DNA from: an uncultured delta proteobacterium
GTDB taxonomy: Bacteria; Desulfobacterota; Syntrophia; Syntrophales; Smithellaceae
Assembly (NCBI GenBank): GCA_963753975.1
Contig: CAVWEH010000006.1
Span: 10,703-74,702 of the forward strand
Length of the DNA stretch: 64,000 bases
Direction of reading: 5' to 3'
A model generated the notes under the pieces. That model did no database searches, was not told the DNA's origin, and saw only the letters and a program-made list of their open reading frames with translations. Shown piece by piece: positions 10,562-20,906 of this stretch (the stretch's first letter is position 1; each line of letters begins with the position of its first letter). The position numbers and the translations under genes are program-made.

Positions 10562-10726
10562 CATTAACTTAGCAACTCGGCGATTCATTACCTTCTCCTT
10601 GAACCGTTTTTATTCAATAGGGAAGCAAACAGACTGGTGGAGCTAAACTCCGTGAATTGACCTTATTCCCCGGAGAAAGAGCGCTTTGATATTAACATGG
10701 CGCGGTCATAATATGCTTGGTTTATG

Positions 10727-11647
10727 TTAATAAAGTCGAAGTTCTATGTCCGATAAGTAAAACTGACTTTCTTCCTCGCGTTTGCCCAGCTCTTCGTAAA
10801 GCATCATGACGGTATTCACATACACCTCGCTGTGGTTATAATGCCACACTGCATCGCGTTTTTTCTCGGTGGAAGCATACTCAAGCCAGCCCGAGCTTTT
10901 CAGGTAATTGCCCATGGTTGCTGTTGCATCTTCCATGTTAAAGGGATCGATTATGCCGTCTCCGTCTCCGTCAACACCATAGTTCCGAAACGTAGAAGGG
11001 ATAAATTGTGCCGGCCCCAAAGCTCCGGCAAATGATCCCGTTATGTTCAAGGGATCTATTCCCAAGTTATTAGCTAGAAGAGTAAGGTGGTAGAGTTCAG
11101 ACAATGCCCACTGCGCCTTTTTGTGCGCCCTGGTAATGGTGGCTTGATCATGGAGCAGCGGATACTTATCGGCATATGCTTGCTGTATTTGACTGAAGTA
11201 GTCCGCGTCGAGCAACATACCCAGGTTCGCGTAAGCTGTAACAACATTATAACGCATGGGGTAGGTTCCCAGTTTCGATTCTACGATAAGAATTGCCGTG
11301 ATGATGCGGGGAGATGTTCCAAAACGTTTCTCCACGTAAGACAATGATTCGGCATGTTCCTTGATGAAAGCCCTGCCGTTTTCGATATATTTGGGGTCGA
11401 TACGCATTATCACCGGATCTTCTTCGGTTCCCTTGGGACTCGCGTAGAAAAGGTTCTGGATAACTATTTCCGGCTGGAGAGATATTCGGGGATCATATAT
11501 CATGCCCTGAACCTGTGATTTATCCAACCCCTCTTCCACCAGGCGATCTTCGATAAACTGCCTCGATAACTCGCTTGCTGCCCATGACGAGACAGAGAAT
11601 AACAAAAAAATCATTATGCTTATAAAAAACGCTATTGTTTTTTTCAC
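10727..11647 (-). CDS. Lytic murein transglycosylase, MltB family
   Basis: Signal peptide; ILIVES, GSFAGALGPAQFIPST, VDGDGDG, YNHS. Confidence 0.9.
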   Translation of the reverse strand: MKKTIAFFISIMIFLLFSVSSWAASELSRQFIEDRLVEEGLDKSQVQGMIYDPRISLQPEIVIQNLFYASPKGTEEDPVIMRIDPKYIENGRAFIKEHAESLSYVEKRFGTSPRIITAILIVESKLGTYPMRYNVVTAYANLGMLLDADYFSQIQQAYADKYPLLHDQATITRAHKKAQWALSELYHLTLLANNLGIDPLNITGSFAGALGPAQFIPSTFRNYGVDGDGDGIIDPFNMEDATATMGNYLKSSGWLEYASTEKKRDAVWHYNHSEVYVNTVMMLYEELGKREEESQFYLSDIELRLY

Positions 11648-11875
11648 GCCTCAACCATTTTTACCACAACCTTATTTTCACTCAATCATTTTTAATATTA
11701 CAGCTTTATTTTACATCGTCCAAGCTTTATACGCAAGATGATTTAATATTAATTCATGATGTCGGCCAAAAAATATCCTCCAATTTAAAATTGTCCGGTT
11801 AATTAAATTATATTGACAAACAGACGCAAATTATTTATAAGCTTCGCTCTTAATTACATGATCAAGGATAGTCTA

Positions 11876-12187
11876 ATGTATGCAGTAATAAAAACAGGAG
11901 CAAAGCAGCACAAAGTCAGCGAAGGTGATGTTTTATCCGTAGAAAAGCTCACAGGCGAGAAAGGCTCGGAAGTAGTTTTTAACGAAGTTCTAATGGTCTC
12001 CGGCGATCAGGGCGTAAAAATCGGCAAGCCTTTCGTGGCGGGAGCCAAGGTCATCGGAGAAATCATCACACAAAAGCAAGGCCCGAAAATTCACGTTTAT
12101 CACATGAAACGCCGCAAGGGTTTCCATAAGAAAACCGGGCATCGCCAGGAATTAACCAGCATGAAAATAAAGAAGATTTCGATATAA
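11876..12187 (+). CDS. rplU: 50S ribosomal protein L21
   Basis: [14 protein letters not shown]...GHRQ. Confidence 0.98.
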   Translation: MYAVIKTGAKQHKVSEGDVLSVEKLTGEKGSEVVFNEVLMVSGDQGVKIGKPFVAGAKVIGEIITQKQGPKIHVYHMKRRKGFHKKTGHRQELTSMKIKKISI

Positions 12188-12199
12188 GCGGAGGAAGTA

Positions 12200-12454
12200 A
12201 TGGCACATAAAAAAGGTCAGGGAAGTTCCCGCAACGGTAGAGACAGTAATTCGCAGCGGCGCGGCGTCAAAGTATATAGCGGCCAGAATATCCATGCAGG
12301 ATCGATTATCGTGCGGCAGGTGGGAACAAAAATCCACCCGGGAAACAACGTGGGAATGGGTAAAGATTTCACTCTTTTCTCTCTGATTAACGGGATTGTA
12401 AAATTTGAGAGACTCGACAAAACGAGAAAGAAAGTAAGCGTTTACGCATCATAA
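12200..12454 (+). CDS. rpmA: 50S ribosomal protein L27
   Basis: [16 protein letters not shown]. Confidence 0.99.
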   Translation: MAHKKGQGSSRNGRDSNSQRRGVKVYSGQNIHAGSIIVRQVGTKIHPGNNVGMGKDFTLFSLINGIVKFERLDKTRKKVSVYAS

Positions 12455-12480
12455 AAGATGGTCTAAATTTTTTTTATTTT

Positions 12481-12512
12481 AAAGGCGCTTGTAACAAAGC
12501 GCCTTTTTATTT
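12481..12512 (+). terminator. Intrinsic terminator after rpmA
   Basis: AAAGGCGCTT-loop-AAGCGCCTTTTT. Confidence 0.75.
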
Positions 12513-12539
12513 AATGAGACTCCAATTTCAAGAACGAAG

Positions 12540-12606
12540 TGTATTGAAATTGGCAAGCCGAATTATCCCGCGCATGCGGGATTGCGGTACGGCCACTTCA
12601 AATACA
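12540..12606. repeat. Long imperfect hairpin (REP/MITE-like) between rpmA and obgE
   Basis: TGTATTGAA...TGGC...ATCCCGC-GCAT-GCGGGAT...GCCA...TTCAAATACA nested inverted repeats. Confidence 0.55.
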
Positions 12607-12647
12607 GTTGATGTTATTTCTGAAGAAAATCTACCCGGATAATATTT

Positions 12648-13655
12648 ATGAAATTTGTTGATGAAGCAAAAATTTATATTAAAGCCGGGCATGGCGGCCG
12701 TGGCTGTGTAAGTTTTCGGCGGGAAAAGTTTGTGCCTCGCGGCGGTCCTGACGGCGGTGACGGAGGCAAAGGTGGAGATATCATTTTTCGCGCAGACCAA
12801 AGCCGCCGCACGCTCTTGGATCTGAAATATCAACAGCACCATGTTGCTAAAAACGGCGGCCATGGCTCAGGAAACAATCGCACCGGCAAGAGCTCCAGTG
12901 ATCTGGAGATTGTAGTGCCGGCAGGAACAATCCTTAAAGACGCTGAAACTCAAGAGGTACTTGCCGATTTATCCGAGGTTGGCCGGATTTATGTCGCTGC
13001 TCATGGGGGCATCGGCGGCAAGGGTAATGCTCATTTTGCCACTTCTACCCATCAAACGCCGCGCTTTGCCCAGGAAGGCATAGAAGGAGAAGAGCGCTGG
13101 ATCAAACTGGAGCTAAAGCTTCTGGCCGATGTAGGTATTATAGGTTTTCCCAACGCCGGCAAATCAACTTTTATTTCGCGCGTATCCGCCGCTAAACCAA
13201 AAATTGCCGACTATCCTTTTACTACGCTCACGCCGCACTTAGGTGTTGTCCAGTATGCCGACCATAAGAGCTTTGTTCTCGCCGATATTCCCGGCCTTAT
13301 CTCCGGCGCGCATCAGGGTTTAGGTATGGGCATACAATTTTTGAGGCATGTGGAAAGAACGTCACTACTGCTGCATATTATCGACATCTCCATTGAACCA
13401 AATACAGATGCCTGGCCTAACTATATGGCCATCAATAAGGAGTTAGGCCATTACAATCCGCAATTATTGGATAAGCCGCAAATAGTGGCCTTAAACAAGA
13501 TTGATCTTCCCTTTGTCCGAGAGAAAGCTAAAAAAGAAGTTGCGCTATTCAAAAAAAAGCGGATAATACTTCATCTTTTTTCCGCTGTCACCGGAGAAGG
13601 AATACAGGAAATATTAAAAAATATTATCACATTATTAAATCAAGCAAAAAACTGA
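12648..13655 (+). CDS. obgE: GTPase Obg
   Basis: FRREKFVPRGGPDGGDGG, GFPNAGKS, DYPFTT, DIPG, NKID. Confidence 0.98.
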   Translation: MKFVDEAKIYIKAGHGGRGCVSFRREKFVPRGGPDGGDGGKGGDIIFRADQSRRTLLDLKYQQHHVAKNGGHGSGNNRTGKSSSDLEIVVPAGTILKDAETQEVLADLSEVGRIYVAAHGGIGGKGNAHFATSTHQTPRFAQEGIEGEERWIKLELKLLADVGIIGFPNAGKSTFISRVSAAKPKIADYPFTTLTPHLGVVQYADHKSFVLADIPGLISGAHQGLGMGIQFLRHVERTSLLLHIIDISIEPNTDAWPNYMAINKELGHYNPQLLDKPQIVALNKIDLPFVREKAKKEVALFKKKRIILHLFSAVTGEGIQEILKNIITLLNQAKN

Positions 13656-13662
13656 TGTAACA

Positions 13663-14814
13663 ATGAAAAATATCCGTCAAAAAACCCTTTCCAGCGCAAA
13701 AAAAATACTGATCAAAGTAGGCTCGGCAGTACTTTCCGGCGCTGACGGACTCGACCTCAGGATTATTCATGCGCTGGTCAAAGAGATATCGTCTCTGGTG
13801 CGCCGGGGTTATTCCGTTGTGCTCGTAACCTCCGGCGCAATAGTTTCCGGAAAACATCGCCTGAACATAACAGGCAAACTCAAAAGCATTCCCGAAAAAC
13901 AGGCGGCGGCCGCCGTCGGGCAGGGAAGACTGATGCGCGTTTATTCCAAATCTTTTGAGAAAAACGGCCTGCATGTCGCGCAGCTTCTACTGACGCTTTC
14001 CGATCTCACCGATCGCCAGAGATACCTGAATATCCGCAATACTCTTTCCACTTTGATGGACTGGGGTGTTACTCCGATAATCAATGAAAACGACTCCGTC
14101 GCCGTGGACGAGATAAAATTCGGCGACAACGACAATCTTGCCGCAATGATCGCCAATATCGTCGAAGCCGATCTTTTTATCAATTTGACGAGTACCGCCG
14201 GTCTTTATGATTGCAATCCGGCGGAATTCAAAAAAGCCCGGCTTATTCCTCTGGTCACTGAATTCACCGACGAAATCGAAGCCGCCGCGACCGGAGAAAC
14301 TACAGCTGTGGGAGTGGGCGGCATGAAAAGCAAAGTCCTTGCCGCCAAAAAAGTTACGGCCATCGGCATTCCGTGTGTTATAGCCCCCGGCAAAAGAAAA
14401 AAGGTTTTGGCCGACATTCTGGCGGGAAAAGAAATAGGCACACTATTTTTGCCTATGGCTGATCGCCTCAACAGTAAGAAATATTGGATTGCCTTCACCC
14501 TAGATCCCCGCGGCAAATTAGTTATTGACGAAGGCGCCAAGAAGGCATTACTGGAAAAAGGCAAAAGTCTTCTCCCTTCAGGAATTGTTGATGTGGAGGG
14601 AGATTTTGATTTGGGCGATCCGGTAAGCTGCGTTGACGGCGAAGGAATACCTCTGGCCAAAGGTCTCGTCAATTATAATTCGGCTGAAATCCGCAAAATC
14701 AAGGGTTTAAAAACTTCGCAGATAAGCCAGGTTCTGGGGCACAAAGATTACGATGAGATCATCCACCGCGATAATCTGGCTATAACTAAACAAAATTTCG
14801 GAAACAAACTTTAA
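13663..14814 (+). CDS. proB: Glutamate 5-kinase
   Basis: IKVGS, AAAVGQ, INENDSV, FGDNDNLAA, C-terminal PUA domain. Confidence 0.97.
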   Translation: MKNIRQKTLSSAKKILIKVGSAVLSGADGLDLRIIHALVKEISSLVRRGYSVVLVTSGAIVSGKHRLNITGKLKSIPEKQAAAAVGQGRLMRVYSKSFEKNGLHVAQLLLTLSDLTDRQRYLNIRNTLSTLMDWGVTPIINENDSVAVDEIKFGDNDNLAAMIANIVEADLFINLTSTAGLYDCNPAEFKKARLIPLVTEFTDEIEAAATGETTAVGVGGMKSKVLAAKKVTAIGIPCVIAPGKRKKVLADILAGKEIGTLFLPMADRLNSKKYWIAFTLDPRGKLVIDEGAKKALLEKGKSLLPSGIVDVEGDFDLGDPVSCVDGEGIPLAKGLVNYNSAEIRKIKGLKTSQISQVLGHKDYDEIIHRDNLAITKQNFGNKL

Positions 14815-14874
14815 GCTTGAAAAATGATAATAATGTAATCCTTTATGCATGGCCTTTTAGAAGAGTGATTCGTC

Positions 14875-16851
14875 ATGGAGACTATTGATTCGCAACATAA
14901 AAATAGCCTAACGCACAGATTGTGGCACAAACTTGTCGGCCAACCGCGCAATGTAAATGAGCCATCACTCTTTCATAAAATATCCCTCATTCCCATCCTG
15001 GCCTGGATCGGCTTGGGCGCTGATGGGTTATCCTCTTCATCTTACGGCCCGGAAGAAGCATTCAAGGCTCTTGGCACTCATTCCTATATTGCAGTCCTTA
15101 TCGCTCTGGCCACGGCGTTTACCGTTTTTATTATTGCTTATGCCTACACGCGCATAATTGAGCATTTCCCGCAAGGCGGCGGCGGGTATATTGTCTCGAC
15201 ACAAACCATCAGCGCTAGCGCCGGTGTAATATCGGGAAGCGCATTGATTGTCGACTATATGCTGACAATCACGGTATCGCTCGTTTCCTGCGGCGATGCC
15301 ATTTTTAGTTTTCTGCCGGTTACTTATCAAAAATACAAACTGATATTCGTCGCTTTTCTTATTTTTGCACTCATCATCATGAATTTGCGGGGCGTCAAAG
15401 AATCCGTCATGATTCTTGCGCCTATATTCATTGTTTTTGTTCTGACCCATATTTTGTTGATTGGTTACGGGTTATTTACCCACGTCGATCAATTTGGGAC
15501 TGTCTTCACCCAGTTTGACAGCAGTTTCCATCAGGATATCGTCTCCATCGGCTTTATCGGCATACTGGCAATTTTTCTACGAGCTTTCTCTCTGGGGGGC
15601 GGTACATATACAGGAATAGAAGCGGCATCAAACGGAATGCAAATCATGCGGGAGCCAAAGGTTCAGACGGGAAAGAGGACGATGGCCTACATGGCCATAT
15701 CGCTTGCCTTCACCGCTGCCGGCTTATTGATTTGTTACGCGCTCTTTCAGATAAAACCGGTTGAAGGCAGAACATTAAATGCGATTCTTGCCGATGGAGT
15801 ATTCGGCAATTGGTCCACGGGAGCGTTGATTGCGCTGATAACGATCCTTTCCGAAGGCGCTTTGCTTTTGGTAGGCGCCCAAGCAGGTTTTGTTGATGGA
15901 CCGCGTGTTATGGCCAACATGGCAACGGATTATTGGCTGCCGCATCGCTTCGCCATGCTCTCGGAACGGCTCACAATGCAAAACGGCATTTTACTGATGG
16001 GAGGCGCATCAATTATACTTTTGTTTTATACACATGCCTCCATTTCCGCTCTTGTCGTTATGTATTCGATCAATGTTTTTCTAACATTTTCACTCTCTCA
16101 GTTCGGCATGATCCGTTTTTTTCTTCACGATAAAGAAAAAGACAAAAATTGGAGAAGACACATAATCATCCATATAATTGGTTTTATTCTCTGCGTTACG
16201 ATACTCTGCGTAACTGTTTACGAAAAATTCGGGGAAGGCGGCTGGGCGACGTTAGTAATAACTTCCTTTCTCATAGGTTCGTGTTATCTGATTAAACGCC
16301 ATTACCAGAAAGTCCGACAGGCCGCGCTCCAACTGGAAGATATTCTGCAAAAGATACGTCCGGGCAAAAATTTTAACAACGAACCATTGAATCCGAAGGA
16401 GCCCACAGCAATCATGCTGGTCAGCGGTTTCAACGGATTCGGTCTCCATACGTGGCTTTCGATCAACCGAAAATTCCCACATTTTTATAAAAACTTTATT
16501 TTTGTATCGATTGCCGAAGTTAATCAGGGATGTTTTAAGGGAACCGAAGAAATGCAGCAATTAAACACTTCGGTTGAAGACGGCCTTAAAAAATATGTGC
16601 ATCTCGTCCGCTCTTACGGGCTGGCCGCGGATTATAGAAGCGGTGTCTGCACGGATGTTGTGGAAAAAGCTACCGAGTTGTGTGAAGCGCTGGCCAAAGA
16701 ATTCCCTAAGTCAATGGTTTTCACGGGGAAATTGATCTTTCGCCAGGAACATTTATTTCAAAGACTGCTGCATAATGAGACGGCTTATGCAATTCAGCGC
16801 CGTTTACAATGGGATGGAATCGAAACCGTCATTCTGCCGATTCGTGTCTGA
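14875..16851 (+). CDS. APC-superfamily permease (KimA/YdaO-like amino acid or K+ transporter)
   Basis: GADGLSSSSYGPEE, GGGGY, YTGIEAASNG; about 12 TM segments plus cytoplasmic C-terminus. Confidence 0.85.
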   Translation: METIDSQHKNSLTHRLWHKLVGQPRNVNEPSLFHKISLIPILAWIGLGADGLSSSSYGPEEAFKALGTHSYIAVLIALATAFTVFIIAYAYTRIIEHFPQGGGGYIVSTQTISASAGVISGSALIVDYMLTITVSLVSCGDAIFSFLPVTYQKYKLIFVAFLIFALIIMNLRGVKESVMILAPIFIVFVLTHILLIGYGLFTHVDQFGTVFTQFDSSFHQDIVSIGFIGILAIFLRAFSLGGGTYTGIEAASNGMQIMREPKVQTGKRTMAYMAISLAFTAAGLLICYALFQIKPVEGRTLNAILADGVFGNWSTGALIALITILSEGALLLVGAQAGFVDGPRVMANMATDYWLPHRFAMLSERLTMQNGILLMGGASIILLFYTHASISALVVMYSINVFLTFSLSQFGMIRFFLHDKEKDKNWRRHIIIHIIGFILCVTILCVTVYEKFGEGGWATLVITSFLIGSCYLIKRHYQKVRQAALQLEDILQKIRPGKNFNNEPLNPKEPTAIMLVSGFNGFGLHTWLSINRKFPHFYKNFIFVSIAEVNQGCFKGTEEMQQLNTSVEDGLKKYVHLVRSYGLAADYRSGVCTDVVEKATELCEALAKEFPKSMVFTGKLIFRQEHLFQRLLHNETAYAIQRRLQWDGIETVILPIRV

Positions 16852-17129
16852 CAAGAATCGAATTACCATGCTATTTCGTTGCAGCCGTCCCTAGAGAATA
16901 TCCCGCCTTTCCGTCGTCATATTTCCAACATATTATGTTCCTCTCCCTTGACAAAAAAGACATTTTCATTATCTTAAACCAAGAGAATTATTCTATCCAA
17001 CGATTGTGCCGCATGCTGTTCATTATGCAATTCTCTTACCCGGTTAGGCGGCGGCACGCTCCTAAATTCTCTATTGTGACAGATAAATAACCTGCCGGAA
17101 GCAAAATTAAAGATATTAAGGAGGAAATC

Positions 17130-18467
17130 ATGTTACAGTTTGAATTAAGCCCCGAGCAAAAAGAGTTACAGGCAAAAGTTCGTGAATTTGCAGTCAAGGA
17201 AATCCTACCCGCAGTGTGGTATTACGATGAGAAGGATGAAATTCCACTTTTTTTGCTGCAAAAAGCCTTCAACGCCGGGTTTATGAACACCAACATTCCC
17301 GTAAAATACGGCGGCAAGGGATTTGGCCTTATCGAAAACGTTATCCTCACCGAAGAAATTTCTGCGGCCTGTCCGGGTCTTGCCACATCGATCTCCGATA
17401 ACTCCCTAGGCATGGCGCCACTTCTCCTTGGCGAGAACGAAAAACTCAGAGAAAAATATCTTCCGCTGATAGCCCGCGAATTCAAGCGCATTTGTTTCGC
17501 CACATCGGAACCTATTATGGGCTCCGATGTCGCCGGGATGCGCTGTCGTGCCGAAAAAAAAGGCGACGACTATATTCTGAACGGAACAAAGTACTGGATT
17601 ACCAATGCCGGCGTCGCCGATTACATGACGATTTTTGCCACAATTGACCCGGCTAAACAACATGCGGGCATCGGGGCGTTTCTCGTCGAAAGGAATTGGG
17701 ACGGCGTTTCCGTTGGTAAAACTATTCCCAAATTGGGGCAACGCTCTTCGAATACGGCGGGAATCAACTTTAAAAACGTTCGCGTGCCCAAGGAAAACGT
17801 AATTGCCGAACCCGGCAAAGGATTTGTCCTGGCTATGAAAACTTTCTCCCTGACCAGGTCAAGCATCGGCGCTTTTGCGGTAGGGGCTGCCCGCTCCGCA
17901 ATGGAATATGCTATTGACTATGCGAAGAAAAGAAGGGTTTTCGGGACAAATATTTCTAACTTCGAAGCTATCCAGTTCAAGATTGCGGAAATGTATCAAA
18001 AAGTGGAAACATCCCGTCTTTTAGTATGGAAAGCGGCGTGGGAAGCGGACAACGGCATAGACCCGACGATAAGCGCCTCCATTGCCAAATTCTATGCAAC
18101 GGAAACGGCCATGGAAGTGGTCAACGACGCCCTGCAAATTTTCGGCGGCTACGGATACACCAAAATGTATCCTATTGAAAAATTACTGCGTGATATCCGG
18201 TTATTCAGCATCTACGAAGGCACAAGCGAGGTACAGCGGCTGATTGTTTCCGGCTACGTTTTGAATAATTACAAACCGGCAATGCCGCCCCTGGAAGATC
18301 TTCCCCTGATCCGGGAACTTGATTTGAATGAACCTTCGGCAAAAGCCGTAACCGCCTGGCGCTGCCGCATCTGCGGGCACATCCACTACGGCGATCAGCC
18401 GCCTGATGAATGTCCGTCTTGCTTCTTCCCCAAAACAGCATTCAAAAAGATTTGGCCGATTGGTTAA
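17130..18467 (+). CDS. Acyl-CoA dehydrogenase with C-terminal rubredoxin-like domain
   Basis: FATSEP..GSD, LNGTKYWITN, QIFGGYGY, IYEGTSE; tail WRCRICGH...CPSC. Confidence 0.92.
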   Translation: MLQFELSPEQKELQAKVREFAVKEILPAVWYYDEKDEIPLFLLQKAFNAGFMNTNIPVKYGGKGFGLIENVILTEEISAACPGLATSISDNSLGMAPLLLGENEKLREKYLPLIAREFKRICFATSEPIMGSDVAGMRCRAEKKGDDYILNGTKYWITNAGVADYMTIFATIDPAKQHAGIGAFLVERNWDGVSVGKTIPKLGQRSSNTAGINFKNVRVPKENVIAEPGKGFVLAMKTFSLTRSSIGAFAVGAARSAMEYAIDYAKKRRVFGTNISNFEAIQFKIAEMYQKVETSRLLVWKAAWEADNGIDPTISASIAKFYATETAMEVVNDALQIFGGYGYTKMYPIEKLLRDIRLFSIYEGTSEVQRLIVSGYVLNNYKPAMPPLEDLPLIRELDLNEPSAKAVTAWRCRICGHIHYGDQPPDECPSCFFPKTAFKKIWPIG

Positions 18468-18485
18468 TTGGATTGTCAAATATTT

Positions 18486-18534
18486 AGCCGGGAGCTACCT
18501 GCGTATAACGAGTGCAGTTAGCTCCCGGCTTTTT
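18486..18534. terminator. Hairpin between convergent genes
   Basis: AGCCGGGAGCTA...TAGCTCCCGGCT followed by T run. Confidence 0.7.
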
Positions 18535-18574
18535 CCTTCATTGTTTTCTTCCCTCGCGGCTACCGCCGCCGCGT

Positions 18575-19819
18575 TCATCTCCCTCTGTCGCTTTCTCCCT
18601 TTTCGCCTTTACCTTTCTCGGTGACACCCGTTCTTTCCGGATGGGGTTTAACTTGACCGGGTGACCGGACTTCTACATTTCTGTTTTTTGGCGCCATCTT
18701 CCTATCCAGTTGTTCCCGTTTCACGCCTTTACCTTTCTCCATAACACCTTTTCTTTCCGGACGGGGTTTAACTTGAGCAAACGGTTTAACTTGCCCGGGC
18801 GGCCGGCCTCCTATATTTCTATCCACTTGCTCCCGTTTTACGCCTTTATCTTTCTCCACAAAAGGCTTTCTTTCTTTGCTCTGATCAATTTTACGCGGAG
18901 TCTCAATTTTACGTTCAGGCCTTCTTGCGGAAACCGGGGCGACAGGCCTTGCCGGAGGCCGGTAACGGGGAATTTCTCGGGCGCGTTCTTCGCGTACAAA
19001 TCTTTTTTCACGGTCGGGACGCCAATGAGTGCGTTCCATGCTCCTGTAAACATCTACGTGCCTGTTGAATCTTCTTGTTCTGTCAATATTTATGATCGTC
19101 ACATTGTGAGCATGCCAATTGAACGCACACCAGCCGAAGACTCCGACGCCGACAAATACCCGAGGAGCAAAAACTACTCGCGGACCAATAACCGCCACTC
19201 CGGGATAAAGTATGGGAAAAGGCGGGTACGCCGGATACCACCACGGCCCATAAACCACATAAGGATCATAAACCGGCACATAAATATAGTTGGGACTTAC
19301 CGTTTCAATGCTAATAGCACGTTCCTCGACTATCACCTTCTGCTCTGGAGTTGTCGAAATATTTCCCTGGGCGTATGCTTTGGCGCGTAAATCTTGAACT
19401 GTATCCATGACCTCCTGCTCCTGATTAACGAAAGCATCACCCAGCCGCGCCGTCCAGCTCAGGTTATCAGTCATCATGGAAAGGACTTTGGGATAATAGC
19501 AAAGCGAAAGAACACTGACATCCCAATCCTTTTCTTTTAGGGCATTGTCCAAGGCATTACCCGTGAGACCGGGGTTTTTAGCCAGAAACTTATCAGCTTC
19601 AGCCACTTCTAAAGGATAGGATGCCGCCATCAATACCTGCGATAAAAGAGCATCGGGATAAAGGGCAATAGGCGCCAGCATCTGCGTTAATTCTTCTTTG
19701 CTGAAATTTTGGGTTGCCGAAGATTCGCTATTGTTCTGGGATTGGGCCCAAACCGGCGCTAAAATTACCATCAGCATTACCGCTGATGCTATAATTCTAT
19801 TGATACATTTACCATTCAT
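18575..19819 (-). CDS. DUF3300 domain secreted protein with basic, repetitive C-terminus
   Basis: Signal peptide; LAPIALYPDALLSQVLMAASYPLEV, WDVSV, IYVPVYDP. Confidence 0.88.
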   Translation of the reverse strand: MNGKCINRIIASAVMLMVILAPVWAQSQNNSESSATQNFSKEELTQMLAPIALYPDALLSQVLMAASYPLEVAEADKFLAKNPGLTGNALDNALKEKDWDVSVLSLCYYPKVLSMMTDNLSWTARLGDAFVNQEQEVMDTVQDLRAKAYAQGNISTTPEQKVIVEERAISIETVSPNYIYVPVYDPYVVYGPWWYPAYPPFPILYPGVAVIGPRVVFAPRVFVGVGVFGWCAFNWHAHNVTIINIDRTRRFNRHVDVYRSMERTHWRPDREKRFVREERAREIPRYRPPARPVAPVSARRPERKIETPRKIDQSKERKPFVEKDKGVKREQVDRNIGGRPPGQVKPFAQVKPRPERKGVMEKGKGVKREQLDRKMAPKNRNVEVRSPGQVKPHPERTGVTEKGKGEKGESDRGR

Positions 19820-20106
19820 GGTTTAATCTCCTTAATGCTGGATTTTTTTATCGTCAATCTTCTTACTAACCGCTTTTTCTTAGTTTCACAGAACTGATTA
19901 AAAAGCAAGGCCTGTGCCATTACAGTTATTCTTCTCTAACTTACCGTAATGAATGATTAATATCGATATCGAAAAACTATTGTTTAAATTCATCAGCAAT
20001 TTAATGGAGAAAATATACCCGGTATAAATATCCAGGTGGATACAATTTACCCGCAAGCTATTGGAGTGTCGCCTTTCCGAATAAAATCGAAAAACCAATT
20101 ATTTAG

Positions 20107-20655
20107 CTATGGACGAAGAAATTCCGCATTCACCCGGTCTTCGGCATTCAGCGCAACACCTTCCCTATGGAGCAATTCTTTTTTCATCTTCAGGCCGCCG
20201 CCAAAACCGCCCAACGACCTGTCGGCACGAACCACGCGATGACATGGAACAATTAAAGGAAAAGGATTATTCGCCAGCGCTGTGCCGACGGCCCTCGCCG
20301 CGCGAGGAGCGCCCAATCTGGCCGCCAATCCGGAATATGTGGCCACTTTGCCGCGCGGTATTTTGCAGGTTTGTTTTAATACCTGGGCCGAGAAATCCGT
20401 GAGCTGGGATAGATTCAGGAACGAAAGATTCGCATTTTCTTTCTTACCCAAAAATAATTTTGCAATCCGGCCATCGATACCGCCCGGAATCCTGCGTGCA
20501 GCTTTATTTATTTGCGGATAATCTTTAAAGATTCGTTCTTTCAATTTCCTTTTCCGATTAGGCAAATAAATATATTCAATTCGCGGCTTCTTTCCGGCAT
20601 AATCCCAGACCAGCCCTATTTCTTCTTTCCCGACTTTGATAATTTGATAGTTCAT
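20107..20655 (-). CDS. ogt: Methylated-DNA--protein-cysteine methyltransferase
   Basis: IPRGKVATYS, AARAVGTALANNP, VPCHRVV. Confidence 0.93.
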   Translation of the reverse strand: MNYQIIKVGKEEIGLVWDYAGKKPRIEYIYLPNRKRKLKERIFKDYPQINKAARRIPGGIDGRIAKLFLGKKENANLSFLNLSQLTDFSAQVLKQTCKIPRGKVATYSGLAARLGAPRAARAVGTALANNPFPLIVPCHRVVRADRSLGGFGGGLKMKKELLHREGVALNAEDRVNAEFLRP

Positions 20656-20774
20656 AGCTTCCTCTTTTCTTCATCCTTCAATTTTCAGTCTAATAGCCTT
20701 CAGTTATTTTCTTTCCCTTTACTCCTTACTTTTTATTATTTGCTTTGTCTTCAACTTGCAACCCCTGATTGAAA

Positions 20775-20902
20775 GCGACTTCGTAAAACGCCCCGGAGGC
20801 AAGGCGCGCAAATAGCGAGGAATGCGGCGTACATTAGCATACGCCGGATAAATTCCGCATATGCACAGCCCGGCGAATGCCGGGGCCTTTTTTCGGAGGC
20901 GC
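20775..20902. mobile_element. MITE-like element, family A
   Basis: Terminal inverted repeats GCGACTTCGTAAAA / TTTTCGGAGGCGC; internal CGCCGGATAAA..TCCGCA..ATGC shared with 23537-23678. Confidence 0.65.
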
Positions 20903-20906
20903 CCGC

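Noticed and set aside
10562..10720. Possible 6S or other ncRNA between the radical SAM and mltB genes
   Set aside because: Only short hairpins are visible, with no long closed rod structure I can support.
16980..17120. Riboswitch upstream of the acyl-CoA dehydrogenase
   Set aside because: Some pairing potential, but no recognisable aptamer consensus or terminator.
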